Below, in pieces: positions 1 to 11,932 of a DNA stretch of 64,000 nt (position 1 is its first letter; the number at the start of each line of letters is the position of its first letter). Made by a program: the position numbers and the translations under genes. The notes beneath the pieces were generated by a model. The model was not told the DNA's origin and made no database searches. It saw only the letters and a list, made by a program, of their open reading frames with translations. Source of the stretch: an uncultured Gemmatimonadales bacterium (GTDB lineage Bacteria > Gemmatimonadota > Gemmatimonadetes > Gemmatimonadales > GWC2-71-9); the NCBI GenBank assembly GCA_963739455.1, contig CAVUAK010000001.1, positions 1,184,001 to 1,248,000 of the forward strand. The letters run 5' to 3'.

Positions 1-1811
1 CGGGATCCACCCCGAGAAGACCGGCTTGTGGGCCTGGATCACGACAGTAGATCACAAGAAGATCGGCATCCTGTACGGGGCGTCGGCGTTCATCTTCTTC
101 CTGATCGGCGGGCTCGAGGCGCTGCTCATCCGCTGGCAGCTGATGAAGCCGGACAACAACTTCGTCTCGCCCGAGTTCTACAACCAGCTGTTCACGATGC
201 ACGGCACGACGATGATCTTCCTCGCCGTCATGCCGCTGTCGGCGATGTTCTTCAACTTCTTCATCCCGCTGCTGATCGGCGCCCGCGACGTGGCATTCCC
301 GCGGCTCAATGCCTTCAGCTACTGGGTGTTCCTGTTCGGCGGCCTGTTCCTCAACTCGAGCTTCCTGTTCAATGCGGCGCCGAACGGGGGCTGGTTCGGC
401 TACGCCAACCTGTCGAGCAAGCAGTACTCGCCCGGCCTGAACATGGATTTCTGGGCCATCGGCCTGCAGATCCTGGGCATCGCGTCGCTGGCGGCCGGCG
501 TCAACTTCTTCGTGACGATCCTCAACATGCGGGCGCCGGGCATGAAGCTGATCCGGATGCCGATGTTCGTCTGGATGACCCTCATCACGCAGCTGCTGGT
601 GCTGCTGTCGTTCCCGGTCATCACCGTCGCGCTGATCCTCCTCATGTTCGACCGGCTCTTCGGCACCCACTTCTTCGTGCCGCTGGGTGGTGGTGACACG
701 ATGCTGTGGCAGCACCTGTTCTGGGTGTTCGGCCATCCCGAGGTGTACATCCTGATCCTGCCGGCCTTCGGCATCATCTCGGAGATCCTGCCGGTCTTCT
801 CGCGCAAGCCGCTGTTCGGCTACACCGCGATGGTGTTCTCGGGCTGCTTCATCGCCTTCCTCGGCTTCGGCGTGTGGAGCCACCACATGTTCTCGACCGG
901 CATGGGGCCGATCGCAGACTCGGTGTTCTCGCTGGCGACGATGCTCATCGCCATCCCGACGGGCGTGAAGATCTTCAACTGGATGGGCACGACGTGGGGT
1001 GGCTCGATCCAGATGAAGACGCCGATGTACTTCGCGCTCGGGCTTCATCGCGATGTTCATCATGGGCGGCCTGTCGGGTGTCATGCACTCGGCGGCCCCG
1101 GCCGACCTGCAGCAGACCGACACCTACTTCGTGGTGGCGCACTTCCACTACGTGCTGTTCGGCGGCAGCATCTTCGCGCTGACGGCTGGCGCCTACTACT
1201 GGTGGCCCAAGATGTTCGGTCACATGCTCGACGAGGGCCTGGGCAAGGTGCATTTCTGGCTGATGCTCATCGGCTTCAACCTCACCTTCTTCCCGATGCA
1301 TATCGTCGGGCTCGAGGGCATGCCCCGCCGGGTGTACACCTATCCCGCCGGCCTCGGCTTCGAGTCGCTCAACCGTCTCGAGACCATCGGCGCGCTGATC
1401 CTCGGCTTCTCGTTCCTGGTGTTCATCTTCAACGTGATCAAGTCGACGCTGTCGAAGGTGCACGCGCCGGCCGATCCGTGGAATGGTGCAACGCTGGAGT
1501 GGTCGATCCCGTCACCGCCGCAGGAATTCAACTTCCCCGCGATCCCGACGGTGCACGGGCGTGATACCCTGTGGGAGGAGAAGCGGAGCCACGGCGGGAA
1601 GCTGCCGGAGCCGGCGCGGGTGAGCGGTGCGGACATCCACCTGCCCAGCCCGTCCTACTGGCCGTTCCTGGCCGCCGTGGGCGTGCTGCTGCTCTTCATC
1701 GCGCTCATGCACCATGAGGCCAAGTTCGGGCCACTGTACATCTTTGCCGCTGTGTCGGTGCTCTTCTTCAGCATTTTCAACTGGGTCTTCGAGCCGTTCC
1801 ACGAAGGCTGA
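1..1811 (+). CDS. ctaD: Cytochrome c oxidase subunit I (A1 type), 5'-truncated by window; apparent frameshift near 1040
   Basis: TVDHKKIG, FTMHG, GHPEVY, VWSHHMF in ORF 26..; continues as VVAHFHY...GMPRR in ORF 1053..1811. Confidence 0.96.
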
Positions 1812-1835
1812 GCCGGCCCAAGGCCGAGGAATATC

Positions 1836-2423
1836 TTGGACGCACACGCGCTGCATCCCGCTACGTCGACCGGCATGCCGAACCGGAAGCTGGCGATCTG
1901 GACCTTCATCGGGTCCGAATGCCTGTTCTTCGCGTCACTGATCTCGGTCTACCTGGTCTACAAGGGCAAGAGCCTGGTGGGGCCGTATCCCCACGAGATG
2001 TTCGAGATCCCGCTGGTCACCGCCGGCACGGCGCTGCTGCTGTTCAGCTCCCTGTTCGTGGTGCTGGCGCTCAACGGATGCGAGCAGGGCAACCGGAAGA
2101 AGTTCCTCGGGTGGCTGGCCATGACCATCCTGTGCGGTTTCTTCTTCATCGGCATGCAGGTGTACGAGTTCACGCACTTCTTCCATGAAGGGCTGACGAT
2201 GCAGAAGAACCTGTTCGGCGCGAGCTTCTTCACGCTGACCGGGTTCCACGGCACGCACGTCACCATCGGCGTGATCTGGCTGATCTCCATCTTCATCGAG
2301 GGTGTGCGGGGGCACGTGCCGCCGGCCAAGGCCCTCAACTTCGAGATGGCCGCCCTGTACTGGCACTTCGTCGACGTGGTGTGGATCGTGATCTTCCCCG
2401 TCGTCTACCTGATGAACTCCTAG
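1836..2423 (+). CDS. ctaE: Cytochrome c oxidase subunit III
   Basis: WTFIGSECLFF, TGFHGTHV, LYWHFVDVVW motifs. Confidence 0.95.
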   Translation: MDAHALHPATSTGMPNRKLAIWTFIGSECLFFASLISVYLVYKGKSLVGPYPHEMFEIPLVTAGTALLLFSSLFVVLALNGCEQGNRKKFLGWLAMTILCGFFFIGMQVYEFTHFFHEGLTMQKNLFGASFFTLTGFHGTHVTIGVIWLISIFIEGVRGHVPPAKALNFEMAALYWHFVDVVWIVIFPVVYLMNS

Positions 2424-2430
2424 AGGCATC

Positions 2431-2811
2431 ATGGACTCTTCCGCCCAGGCCCACGAGCACAACTTCCCCGAGCGCGCGGGGGAGTACGTCAAGATCGGCC
2501 TCGTGCTTTTCGTGCTGACCGCGATGGAGGTTGGCGCCTACGAGATCGCCCACCGCGAGGGTGTGCCGCTGCACGATTTCATGCACACGTCGCTTATCCC
2601 GGTGCTGATCGTGCTCTCGGCGATCAAGTTCGCGCTGGTGGCGCTCTTCTACATGCACCTCAAGTGGGACGGTCCGCTGCTCAAGGGGATCTTCTCCTTC
2701 TCGCTCTTCCTCGCCACGTTCGTGATCCTGGCGCTGCATGGCGCTGTTCATCTACGAGGGGAAGTTCTCGGCGTGGATTGGGCCGTTGACAGGAGCGACG
2801 TGAGGACGTGA
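2431..2811 (+). CDS. Cytochrome c oxidase subunit IV (prokaryotic); 3' end uncertain, probable indel near 2740
   Basis: LFVLTAMEV and KFALVALFYMHLKWD; position after coxIII. Confidence 0.85.
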   Translation: MDSSAQAHEHNFPERAGEYVKIGLVLFVLTAMEVGAYEIAHREGVPLHDFMHTSLIPVLIVLSAIKFALVALFYMHLKWDGPLLKGIFSFSLFLATFVILALHGAVHLRGEVLGVDWAVDRSDVRT

Positions 2812-2828
2812 AGACGTGAGGACGTGAA
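2797..2828 (+). repeat. 4 x 8-bp tandem repeat GACGTGAR
   Basis: gacgtgag gacgtgaa gacgtgag gacgtgaa. Confidence 0.95.
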
Positions 2829-2829
2829 G

Positions 2830-2859
2830 AAGGGGGCCGGATGAATCCGGCCCCCTTTT
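2830..2859. terminator. Intrinsic terminator hairpin between convergent genes
   Basis: aagggggccggat / atccggccccctttt inverted repeat with T tract. Confidence 0.85.
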
Positions 2860-2879
2860 GCATTCCCGACCTCGGTCAC

Positions 2880-2903
2880 CTCACGTCTTCACGTCTTCAC
2901 GTC
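2880..2903 (-). repeat. 3 x 8-bp GACGTGAR repeat on minus strand, forming the 3' end of the DUF423 gene
   Basis: ctcacgtc ttcacgtc ttcacgtc. Confidence 0.9.
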
Positions 2904-3264
2904 CGGCCGCAAGCGCAAGACACGCCCATCCCGCGAGAAAGCAGATGCCGCCGAGCGGCGTGATTGCGCCAAGCGCGCGCACGCCACTGAGCGCCAGGGC
3001 ATACAGGCTTCCGGAGAAGAGCACCACGCCGGCGAGGAAGCACCAGGCGGCAACAGTCGCCAGACGGCCGGGCCAGCGATCCGCCACCCAGCCCGCCCCG
3101 ATGAGGGCGAGGCCGTGGTACATCTGGTAGCGTGCCGCGGTCTCGAATACCTGGAGATCTCCCGGCTCGAGCCGCGCCTTGAGGGCATGGGCACCGAACG
3201 CCCCGGCCGCGACCGCGAGGCCCGACATGGTGGCGCCGAGGGCTACCAGGTGGCGTGAGGTCAC
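2881..3264 (-). CDS. DUF423 family membrane protein
   Basis: [32 protein letters not shown]. Confidence 0.92.
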   Translation of the reverse strand: MTSRHLVALGATMSGLAVAAGAFGAHALKARLEPGDLQVFETAARYQMYHGLALIGAGWVADRWPGRLATVAAWCFLAGVVLFSGSLYALALSGVRALGAITPLGGICFLAGWACLALAAGREDVKT

Positions 3265-4178
3265 GACGCGGCGGGCGGCTCGATGCCGGCCGCGGAGACG
3301 GCCATGCCCATCGCGTGGTAGCCATTGTCGACGTACACCACGCTGCCGGTAATCGCGGCGGCGAGCGGGCTGGCGAGAAACGCCGCGGTGGCGCCCACCT
3401 CGGAGGCTTCCAACCGGCGCGGCAGCGGGCTGTTCGCCTCGGTGTAGCGGATCATGGTGTCGATGAAACCGATGGCGGTGGCGGCGCGCGAGGCAAGTGC
3501 CCCCGCACTGATCGTGTTGATGCGCACGCCCCAGCGGCGACCGGCCTCGAACGCGAGCGTGCGGGTGTCGGATTCAAGGGCCGCCTTGGCCGATGACATT
3601 CCGCCGCCGTATCCGGGCACGACCCGTTCGCCCGCCATGTACGTGAGTGACAGGAAGGAACCACCGGGTCGCATCATCGGCGCCAGGTTCCGCACGAGCG
3701 AGATGTTGCTGTAGGCGCTTACGCTCACGGCGGTGAGGTAGCCGGCCCGTGAGGTGTCGACGAGGGGCTTCCTGACCTCCGGTCCGTTGGCCAGGCTGTG
3801 CACCACGATGTCGAGGCCGGTATCGCCGAAATCGCGACGGAGGCTCGCGGACAGCCCCTCAATCGTGAAGTCACCCTGCTCCCTGTAGCGCTTGTTCTCG
3901 AGGATTTCGGGCGGGACATCGCCCATGGTGTCGTAGGCGGCATCGAGCGGATAGATCTTCTCGAACTCGAGCTTGCGGCCGTCACTCAGGGCCATCGACT
4001 CGTCCATCTTCCCGCGCTCCAGCATCTTGAGGAAGATGCCAAGCGCCGGGGGCCAGGTGCCCACGGAGACCAGGGCGCCCGCCTCGGCGAACGCCTTGGC
4101 AATGGCGAAGCCAAAACCGCCGTCGTCGGCGACACCTGCGATGAAAGCCCGCTTGCCGGAGAGATCGATGGGAAGCAT
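3261..4178 (-). CDS. fabI: Enoyl-ACP reductase (plastid/Chlamydia-like FabI)
   Basis: [39 protein letters not shown]. Confidence 0.93.
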   Translation of the reverse strand: MLPIDLSGKRAFIAGVADDGGFGFAIAKAFAEAGALVSVGTWPPALGIFLKMLERGKMDESMALSDGRKLEFEKIYPLDAAYDTMGDVPPEILENKRYREQGDFTIEGLSASLRRDFGDTGLDIVVHSLANGPEVRKPLVDTSRAGYLTAVSVSAYSNISLVRNLAPMMRPGGSFLSLTYMAGERVVPGYGGGMSSAKAALESDTRTLAFEAGRRWGVRINTISAGALASRAATAIGFIDTMIRYTEANSPLPRRLEASEVGATAAFLASPLAAAITGSVVYVDNGYHAMGMAVSAAGIEPPAAS

Positions 4179-4212
4179 GTGCGTGGGGTTAGGGTGAGGG
4201 AAAAATAGCCCC

Positions 4213-6784
4213 CTACTCCCCTCGAAGCACCTCGAGCGGCGCCAGCCGAACGACGTCGCGGCTGTTGAGGAGCCCGATCAGGGCGGTCCCGGCGACGACG
4301 AGCCCCCCGAGGAGGGCCATGCTCGCCGGCACCCCGAACGGCGACTCGAAGACCCACCGCGCGAGGGCCCATGCCGCGGCAATGGCGAGGCCCAGTCCCG
4401 TCACGGCGGCGATGAACCCCAGCGTCGCGTACTCCGCCACCACCACGCGGAGAATCTGGCCCCGGGTCGCGCCAAGTGTGCGGAGCAGGGCACCCTCGCG
4501 CACTCGCTGGTAGCGACTGGTCGCAACAGCACCGGCCAGCACCACGGCGCCGGTGATGAGGCTGAAGAGCGCCATGAAGCGGATGGCCAGTGTCACCTGC
4601 CCGACCAGCTTCTCGACCGCCGCCTGCACGTTCGAGATATCAACGGTGGTGAGGTTGCTGAACCGCTCGACGAGTTGCCGCTGGACCTGTCCCCGCTTCG
4701 CCGGATCATCGACCCGGGTGAGCAGCAGCGCGCTCTGCGGCGCCTTGTCCAGCACACCGGGACCGAAGACCACGAAGAAGTTGGGCTCGAAGCGGGCCCA
4801 GTTCACTTCCCGCATGCTGGTGACCTGGGTGACGATGGGGAGGCCTTGTACGTCCCAGGTGATCGTGTCGCCCAGGGTGACGCCGAGCTCGGAGGCCAGG
4901 CCGACCTCGACCGAGATGGGATAGGGTGACACCGGCGCCGCGCTTCCAGCCGTCCACCACTTCCCAGCCACGAGCTTCTCCGAGGAAACCAGGGTGTCGC
5001 GGTAGGTGGACCGATACTCGCGCCGGACGGCCCAGCCGGCTCGGCGCTGCAGGCCACCGGGGCCACTCGTCGTGGAGTCCACTTCCACCGAGTCGTCACC
5101 GGCGCGCAGCACCGGCCGCCCGTTGATGGCGCTGATGCGCATCGGCACGATCGGCACCGGTCCCATGAGGCGCAGCTTGTCCGCCTCGAGCAGTGCGGCA
5201 GCGGGCGCCAGCTGATCGGGCTGGATGTCGAGGATCACCAGGTTCGGCTTGTCTGCGCCACCGGAGAGATCGAGCTGGCGGAGCAGGTTGTGCTGGACGA
5301 GGTAGAGGGTCGCCAGCAGGAACGCGCCGAACCCGAGTGCCAGCACGACGGTGGTCGTCTGGTTGGCGGGACGATGCAGGTTGGCCAGGCCCTGGCGCCA
5401 CACATAGGGCCAGCGCGCGGGACTCCACCGGCGCACGGCGCGCGTGAGCCCCAGGCTCACGAGCCAGAGAACCAGGACCGCACCGCCCGCACCGAGCGAG
5501 AAATAGAGTGCCGTGCGCCAGTTCCCCACCTGCAGGGCGGTCAATGCCACGATGCTCAGCGCGAGCAGGGCCAACGTTGGCAGGGTGAGGGGATCGCGGC
5601 GCGAGGGCGACGGATCGACGTCGCGCCGAAGGGCAGCGAGCGGCGGGACGCGTCGCACGGAAAGAAGTGGCAGCAGCGCAAAGACGGTGCTGACCCAGAG
5701 CCCCACCGCCAGCCCGAGACCGATCGCGCGCGGTGAGGGCGCGGACGACACCGCAACCGGGAGGAAATCGCGCAGCAGGAAGGGAAGTGCCTGCTGGATG
5801 ACGATGCCACCGAGCACACCGATCACGCTGCCGAGCAGTCCCATGCCAGCGGCCTGGAGCAGGTAGACGGCGAACACCTGGCCCGAGGTGGCACCGAGGC
5901 AGCGCAACACGGCGATGGAGTCCAGCTTGCGCCGTATGAACACTGACACGGCGCTGGCGACGCCGAGCCCGCCGAGCAGGAGCGCCATGAGGGCGACGAG
6001 CCCGAGATAGTTGCCGAGCCGGTCGAGGGTCTCCGTAAGGTTGTTGCGGTCCTCCTCGACGGTCCTGATGCGCACGCGCTCGGCCCGCAATGGTGCGCGG
6101 AACCGTTCGGCGACCTTCAGGGCATCGGCGCTCGGCGGCAAGGCGCACGTACGCGGCGTACTCCGCGCGGGCCCCGACGCCGAGCAGATCGGTTGCCGCG
6201 AGGAATCGGTAGGGAATGAAGACGCGTGCACCAAATGCGGCGCGAATGCCCACGTCACCGGGAATGCTGGTCGTGACGCCGATGATGGTGAATCGCCCTT
6301 CACCGAGCGAGAGGGTGTCACCAACGTGTGCATTGAGCTGTGCCAGCAGCGTCGGCTCGACGATGACGAACGCGCCGTCGTGGAGGCGGCTCCACGCCGT
6401 GGCCGGCGCGGTGCCGATCTCGCCATAGAACGGATAGCCCGGTTCCGCCGCCGTGACCTGTACCAGCTGGGTCCCGGCGGTGCGCGCCACATAGGCCATC
6501 GCCGCGAACTGCGCGACACGCGCGACCGCGCCGCCGGCACCGATGGTATCGAGGACCGCATCGGCCAGCGGCGGAAACGGGCGCCGGCTTACCAGCGCCA
6601 GGTCGGCGCCAAGCAGCGAGCGCGCCTGGTCCTTCACCGAGAGCCGCAGGTTGTCGGAGAAGGCGTTGATCGCCACGAGGGCAGCGACGCCCACTGCGAC
6701 GGCCCCGGTGAGGACGAGGAGGCGACGCCAGGAGGCACGGCCTTCCCGTGCCGCCATGCGGAGGACGAAGCCCGTCGAGGTCAC
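4213..6784 (-). CDS. FtsX/YbbP-like ABC transporter permease; apparent frameshift near 6140
   Basis: N-part ORF 5096..6784 (ARSLLGADL) joins C-part ORF ending 4213 ([28 protein letters not shown]). Confidence 0.9.
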
Positions 6785-7449
6785 GCGGCGGAATCGCTCG
6801 CGAGGACGCCGTCGGCCAGCCGGATGATCCTGCGCGCGCGACCGGCGAGGGCCAGGTCGTGCGTGACGAGCACGATGGTGGTGCCGTAGTCGCGATTGAG
6901 CTCGAGCATGAGCTCCACGATGCCGCCGCCGGTGGCGCTGTCGAGGTTGCCGGTGGGTTCGTCCGCGAAGAGGATGCGGGGGCGATTGACGAAGGCGCGG
7001 GCCAGCGCCACGCGCTGCTGCTCACCGCCCGACAGCTGGGCCGGGTAGTGATGGCTCCGCCCGGCGAGCCCCACGCGGGCAAGCAGCTCGCGCGGCCGTT
7101 CGTCATCAGCGCGACCGGACAGTTCCAGCGGCACCTGCACATTCTCCAGCGCCGTGAGCGTGGGGATGAGCTGGAACGACTGGAAGACGAACCCGACCTT
7201 TTCTCCCCGCAACCGGGCCCGCTGGTCTTCCGTCATGCCGCCGAGGTCGGCGCCCTCCAGGAAGACGTTGCCGCGGCTGGGGCGGTCGAGACCGGCGAGC
7301 AGGCCCAGCAGCGTCGTCTTCCCGCTGCCGGAGGGCCCGACGATGGCGAGGAATCCGCTGTCCTCGAGAGTGAACGTGATATCCTTCAGCACGGTAAGTT
7401 CCCGGCCGCCGGAGCGATATGTCTGGGTCAGTCCTTCACAGCGAAGCAT
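6781..7449 (-). CDS. ABC transporter ATP-binding protein (YbbA/LolD-like)
   Basis: [28 protein letters not shown]. Confidence 0.95.
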   Translation of the reverse strand: MLRCEGLTQTYRSGGRELTVLKDITFTLEDSGFLAIVGPSGSGKTTLLGLLAGLDRPSRGNVFLEGADLGGMTEDQRARLRGEKVGFVFQSFQLIPTLTALENVQVPLELSGRADDERPRELLARVGLAGRSHHYPAQLSGGEQQRVALARAFVNRPRILFADEPTGNLDSATGGGIVELMLELNRDYGTTIVLVTHDLALAGRARRIIRLADGVLASDSAA

Positions 7450-7476
7450 GCGAATCCCGGGAGAACAGAAGCGCGA

Positions 7477-8169
7477 ATGATAGCTAGGTACGCTGCACTG
7501 GCTGTGCTGGTTGCAACACTCGGCTGTGGCCGTGAAAAAGAAGGCAGCCCACCCGCTGCAGCCGGGGTCGGCAGGCAGGATACGACCCAGGCGGCACCTG
7601 CAGTTGCCGTTCCGGTGATCATGTTCGTCGGTACCAGCCTGACGGCCGGCCTGGGGGTGGAGCCGGACCAGGCATACCCCGCGATCATCCAGCAGAAGAT
7701 CGACTCGGCCGGTCTTTCCTATCGGGTGGTAAACGCCGGCGTGAGTGGCGAGACTTCGGCCGGGGCGCTGCGACGCATCGACTGGCTGTTGCGCGATCCG
7801 GTGGCATTCCTGGTGCTCGAGACCGGTGCCAACGACGGGTTGCGCGGGCAGGATCCCGACTCGGTTCGGGGCAACATCCAGGCGATCATCGACCGGGTGC
7901 GTGCGACGCAACCGGCGACACGCATCGTCCTGGTCGGGATGAATGCCATGCCGAACCTCGGTCGCGCCTACGCTTCGCGCTTCGAGGCGATCTACCCGGC
8001 GATCGCCAGGGCCAATGGCCTGCCGGCGGTGCCGGCCCTGCTCGAGGGCGTGGGCGGTGTCGACTCGCTCAACCAGCCGGACGGGGTTCACCCCACGCCC
8101 GAGGGGCACAGGAGACTGGCCGCCAACGTATGGCAGACGCTGCTTCCGCTGCTCACCCCATCAAGCTGA
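7477..8169 (+). CDS. SGNH arylesterase/thioesterase (TesA-like), probable lipoprotein
   Basis: GTSLTAG, NAGVSGETS, GANDG, DGVHP; lipobox-like TLGC; divergent from ybbA-like gene. Confidence 0.92.
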   Translation: MIARYAALAVLVATLGCGREKEGSPPAAAGVGRQDTTQAAPAVAVPVIMFVGTSLTAGLGVEPDQAYPAIIQQKIDSAGLSYRVVNAGVSGETSAGALRRIDWLLRDPVAFLVLETGANDGLRGQDPDSVRGNIQAIIDRVRATQPATRIVLVGMNAMPNLGRAYASRFEAIYPAIARANGLPAVPALLEGVGGVDSLNQPDGVHPTPEGHRRLAANVWQTLLPLLTPSS

Positions 8170-8715
8170 TCGCCTTTGCCGCCTCACTGCGGCGTGAGTC
8201 CCTGAACCGCCGGCTGCTCGCACAGGCAGTCGTCGCGGCGCGTGCCGCCGGGGCCACGGTGGATGTGCACGACTTTCGCGATTTCATATTCCCGGCCTAT
8301 GACGCGGACGTCCAGGTTGCGGAGGGGATCCCCCGGTCAGTGCAGCACCTTGGCAGGCTCGTGACGGGAGTCTGACGGCCTGCTGCTGGCGTCACCGGAA
8401 TACAACTACTCGATGCCCGGCACACTCAAGAACACGATCGACTGGCTCTCGCGAATCCGGCCGCATGTGGTGCGCGACCGATGGGCCATGCTGCTCTCCG
8501 CTTCCAACGGGCGCGTCGGTGGCAACCGCGGGCTCTGGCAGCTGCGCATACCACTCGAATCGATGGGCATGATGATTTTCCCTGACATGTTCTCCCTGGC
8601 ACTGGCCGCTGAGGCCTTCGCCGAGGACGGGACGCTGCGTGACCCGGCGCTGCAGGAACGCCTGTCGGTGATGACGGCTGCCTTCTGTGGCATGGTGGGG
8701 AAGGCGAGGGCATGA
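8130..8715 (+). CDS. NADPH-dependent FMN reductase; frameshift near 8370
   Basis: SLRRESLN...; SPEYNYSMPGTLKNTIDWLSR. Confidence 0.85.
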
Positions 8716-9906
8716 ACCGGCCACTGGTGGTGCTGCTCGTCGGCGCGCTGGCTTGCCGCGAGCCTGCGCCGGTACCGATCACGACGAATACGGTGGACAG
8801 TGCCGGTATCCAGGTCGTCACCTCCAGCGCGTCCGGCCTGGGGCGACCGCGCCCAGTGGAAGGTGGCAAGTAGTGCCACGCTTACCCTGGGCGGCGTGGC
8901 GGGCGACTCAGCGCTCGACTTCCTCGGCATCGTCGGCGCGAAGCGGTTCGCTGATGGCAGCCTCGTGGTGGCAAACGGGGGCACCGGTGAACTCCGCTGG
9001 TTCTCGGCCTGAGCGGAAAGCACCTCCGGACGGTGGGAGGACGCGGAACGACTCCCGGCAAGTTCGCCGTGCTCACGAACCTCTACTGGCTGGGCGATAC
9101 CCTGCTCGCCTGGGATGGTCGCGCGCGCACGATCTCACGATTCACGGCCGCCGGCGCGTTCCTGAACGTTGAGGTGCTCAGGCTCGCCGACAGTACGAGG
9201 GCGTTTGCGTGTCCTGGGCGCGTTTGCGAATGGTGACGTGCTCGCGGAAGCTGGCGCCCCACTGGAACTGGAGGGCCGCCAGCCAGGGTTCGTGCGACCG
9301 GGACGCAGCCTGTTCCGGTTCGGCACCGGGGGAGCGTCCGACAGCGTTGGTGTCCTGCCAGGCGAGGAGTTGTACTTCTCCAACCTGGATGGGCAAGCGA
9401 CGGTACGAGCAGTGCCCTTCGGGCTGGGCTCGCGACTGACCGTCCTGCCCGATGCCTTTGTCAGCAGCGAGGGCGACCGGCTCCAGCTGGAAGAGCGCGA
9501 TGCCGCCGGCCGGCTGCGACGCATCATTCGCTGGCCGGGGAGTCGCCTCCCGCTGCTGCCCGACGACATCGACCGCCAGGGACGAGTACTCCTTGGCAGT
9601 GCCAAGAGTGGTGTGCAGCGTGCACGGCTCGACTCGGCATGGCGTGCCAGCAGGAAGCCCGATTCGCTGCCGGCCATCATCGGGCTGGTGCCTGATCCGC
9701 TTTCCCTGGTGTGGGTACGCCGGGGCGGCCACGTCGCCGATGCCGACGCGCTCTGGTGGGTGTTCTCGAGGGATGGCGCATGGCTTGGCTCGCTGACCCT
9801 GCCGACGGCGGCGTCCCCGCTCGACATTTCGGACGAATGGATCGTGCTACGAACGGTGGATGAGGATCGCGTCGAGCGGATTGAGCTCCGGCGCCTGCGC
9901 CGCTAG
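8712..9906 (+). CDS. Putative lipoprotein, beta-propeller-like; several frameshifts
   Basis: Signal with lipobox-like LAC; fragments 8800..9012, 9033.., 9169..9906 with GGRGxxPG and WWVFSRDGAWLGSLTLP patterns. Confidence 0.6.
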
Positions 9907-10442
9907 CGAATTCGCGGTGGCTCGTCGAAGTATGCGGCGAGCTGGGTGAGGTAGCGCTCGACGGGGCCGGCGTGGCCGGAGGTGAACTGTGAGATGAATC
10001 GCTGCGCCGTGCCCGGGATGGTGCCGCGTTCCGTGATGGTGAGATCGACGCCAGACGGCGCGCGGGCAATGGCATAGGTCCACTCGCTTGAGGGACCGTG
10101 TGCCTCGGTGATTCGCCCAGTCACCAGCCGCACCGGTGGAAGTTCCTCGAGGACCACGACCGTGGTTGCCCGGCCATCATCGCCGATCTCGCGCCAGACA
10201 TGATGTGATGCGGAGTCGGGCAGGTGCTCGAGCTGGATGATATCGCGCCGCCACGACCGGATGCGCACCGAGTCCGAGAGGGCACGCCACACCGCCTCCG
10301 GTGTGCGCGACAGCGTGAGGGTCCGCGTTACCTCATGCTGCTCCGGCAGGAGCAGCCCGCCCAGCATGACCGCCAGGCCGGCCACCAGCAGCACCAGTCC
10401 CGCGCCCGCGAGCCATCGCCTGAACAGCACTTCGATACGCAT
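9903..10442 (-). CDS. SRPBCC/START family protein
   Basis: LPEQHEVTRT...PEAVWRALSD...WR; LTITERG. Confidence 0.75.
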   Translation of the reverse strand: MRIEVLFRRWLAGAGLVLLVAGLAVMLGGLLLPEQHEVTRTLTLSRTPEAVWRALSDSVRIRSWRRDIIQLEHLPDSASHHVWREIGDDGRATTVVVLEELPPVRLVTGRITEAHGPSSEWTYAIARAPSGVDLTITERGTIPGTAQRFISQFTSGHAGPVERYLTQLAAYFDEPPRIR

Positions 10443-10484
10443 GGGGCCGGAGAATGTCTTCCCCGGCCCCGGTTCACAAGCGCC

Positions 10485-10982
10485 CTACCGCGACGCGAGT
10501 GCCACCAGCGATCGAAGCTCCGCCTCGATGTCCGCCTGCGTAACCTGCACGGGAACGGTCCACCGCCCGTTCTCGACCTTCTTCGTCGGTACGCGGATTC
10601 CGCGGATATTCCCGTCGGCGATACTCACGAGCGCCGTGACGGACCCGTCGCCCGGGGCGCCGGTGATCACGATGACCCAGTCACCAGTCTCCGGCCAGGA
10701 CTGCCTGAGCGCATAGACACCATCGCGGTCGGTGCGCTCGAGCGTGAGCGGCAGTGTCGTGCGCTGGCCATTGACCAATCCCTCTGCGCGCGCCTCGACA
10801 ACGAATGAAACCGCCTGCTCGTGGTGAAAGGTGTGCACCAGGAGATACGCGCCCTGGGACGACTTGTTCATCGGGTTCGCCGGGAACTCGATGGAGAGCC
10901 AGGGCGGCCCGGCAAGGGCAGGCGACGCGGTTGCGGCAGCGAGCATGGCAGTGACAGCGAGCGACATCAGGGAGCGACGCAT
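10485..10982 (-). CDS. Secreted hypothetical protein
   Basis: Signal peptide ending ALA, then GPPWLSIEFPANP; downstream of the ECF cluster. Confidence 0.7.
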   Translation of the reverse strand: MRRSLMSLAVTAMLAAATASPALAGPPWLSIEFPANPMNKSSQGAYLLVHTFHHEQAVSFVVEARAEGLVNGQRTTLPLTLERTDRDGVYALRQSWPETGDWVIVITGAPGDGSVTALVSIADGNIRGIRVPTKKVENGRWTVPVQVTQADIEAELRSLVALASR

Positions 10983-11007
10983 GGGACACCTCGGTGGCAA
11001 GGGGAGA

Positions 11008-11922
11008 CTACCGACTCGTCCCTGAGATGCCGCCCGGCGCTGCGGGGTTTACGTCCACCTCCGGCTGCTTGACCAGTGAGATCTGCCCGCGGAAGGTCCG
11101 CGCGGTGATGGCGGCACCGCCATCGCCGATGGTAGTGCGCACGGTGCCGCTCGGTCCCGGCTTTCCCCGCAGCGTGAACTCACTCTTGATACCGCCGGCA
11201 GGTGCACTGAGCTCGAGATCAGCACCGAGCGCTGGCGGCAGCCGAAGCTCGATGTTGCCGCTGTGCGTCTGGGCGTCGAGTGTGCCGCCGCGATCAATGG
11301 TGCCCTTCCAGGCAATCTCGCCGGACACCGTTTCCAGCCGGGCGCGCGCAACGCGCGCACCGCCGATGAGGATGGCGCCGCTCACCGTGCTTGCGGTGAG
11401 GTCGCCCCGCACGCCGCGAAGGACGATGGTTCCTCCCGCCGTTCGCACGCGCAGGGACGCTGCGGGCCCGGCCACCTCCACATTGCCATCGAGGGTTTCC
11501 GCCGTGACCGTTCGCGGGGCGCCCTCGAGGTGCAGCCGGCCGGTCGTGGTGATGAAATCGAGGTCACCCTCGAGGCCGTCAGCATCGAGGCTCACCGTGG
11601 CGCCACGCACGCTGACGCGGGCGTGCCGGGGCACGCGCACCTCGAGCGTTGCGCTGATCACTGCCGTCGCGGTATCGGTGCCCTCGAGGCCGAGCTTCGC
11701 CGCATCGCGGGAACCGCCGAAGTAGAGCTGCCCGGCCCGCGCCGGCAGTTCGCCCACCACCACCAGGCTGTCCCGGTCCCACCCGACCAGTCGCACCATG
11801 CCGACGAGATCATTGATGCGGATGGATGCCGTACTGCTCACGGCCATGCGGCGATCGATGCGCTGCTGCGCCACGAGCTGGGTGGGGAGCAGCAGGATGA
11901 GCAGCAGGGCGACGGGGCGCAT
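11008..11922 (-). CDS. DUF4097/adhesin-like beta-strand repeat protein
   Basis: Signal peptide; repeated T-x-S/G-G-x-I motifs (TVSGAI, TVSGEI, THSGNI). Confidence 0.8.
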   Translation of the reverse strand: MRPVALLLILLLPTQLVAQQRIDRRMAVSSTASIRINDLVGMVRLVGWDRDSLVVVGELPARAGQLYFGGSRDAAKLGLEGTDTATAVISATLEVRVPRHARVSVRGATVSLDADGLEGDLDFITTTGRLHLEGAPRTVTAETLDGNVEVAGPAASLRVRTAGGTIVLRGVRGDLTASTVSGAILIGGARVARARLETVSGEIAWKGTIDRGGTLDAQTHSGNIELRLPPALGADLELSAPAGGIKSEFTLRGKPGPSGTVRTTIGDGGAAITARTFRGQISLVKQPEVDVNPAAPGGISGTSR

Positions 11923-11932
11923 CATCATCTCC

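Noticed and set aside
4186..4200. Telomere-like GGGGTTAGGGTGAGGG upstream of fabI
   Set aside because: Only three G-runs and a single occurrence; probably chance
10443..10470. GC hairpin before the SRPBCC gene as a terminator
   Set aside because: No U tract and short GC arms that are common by chance at this GC content
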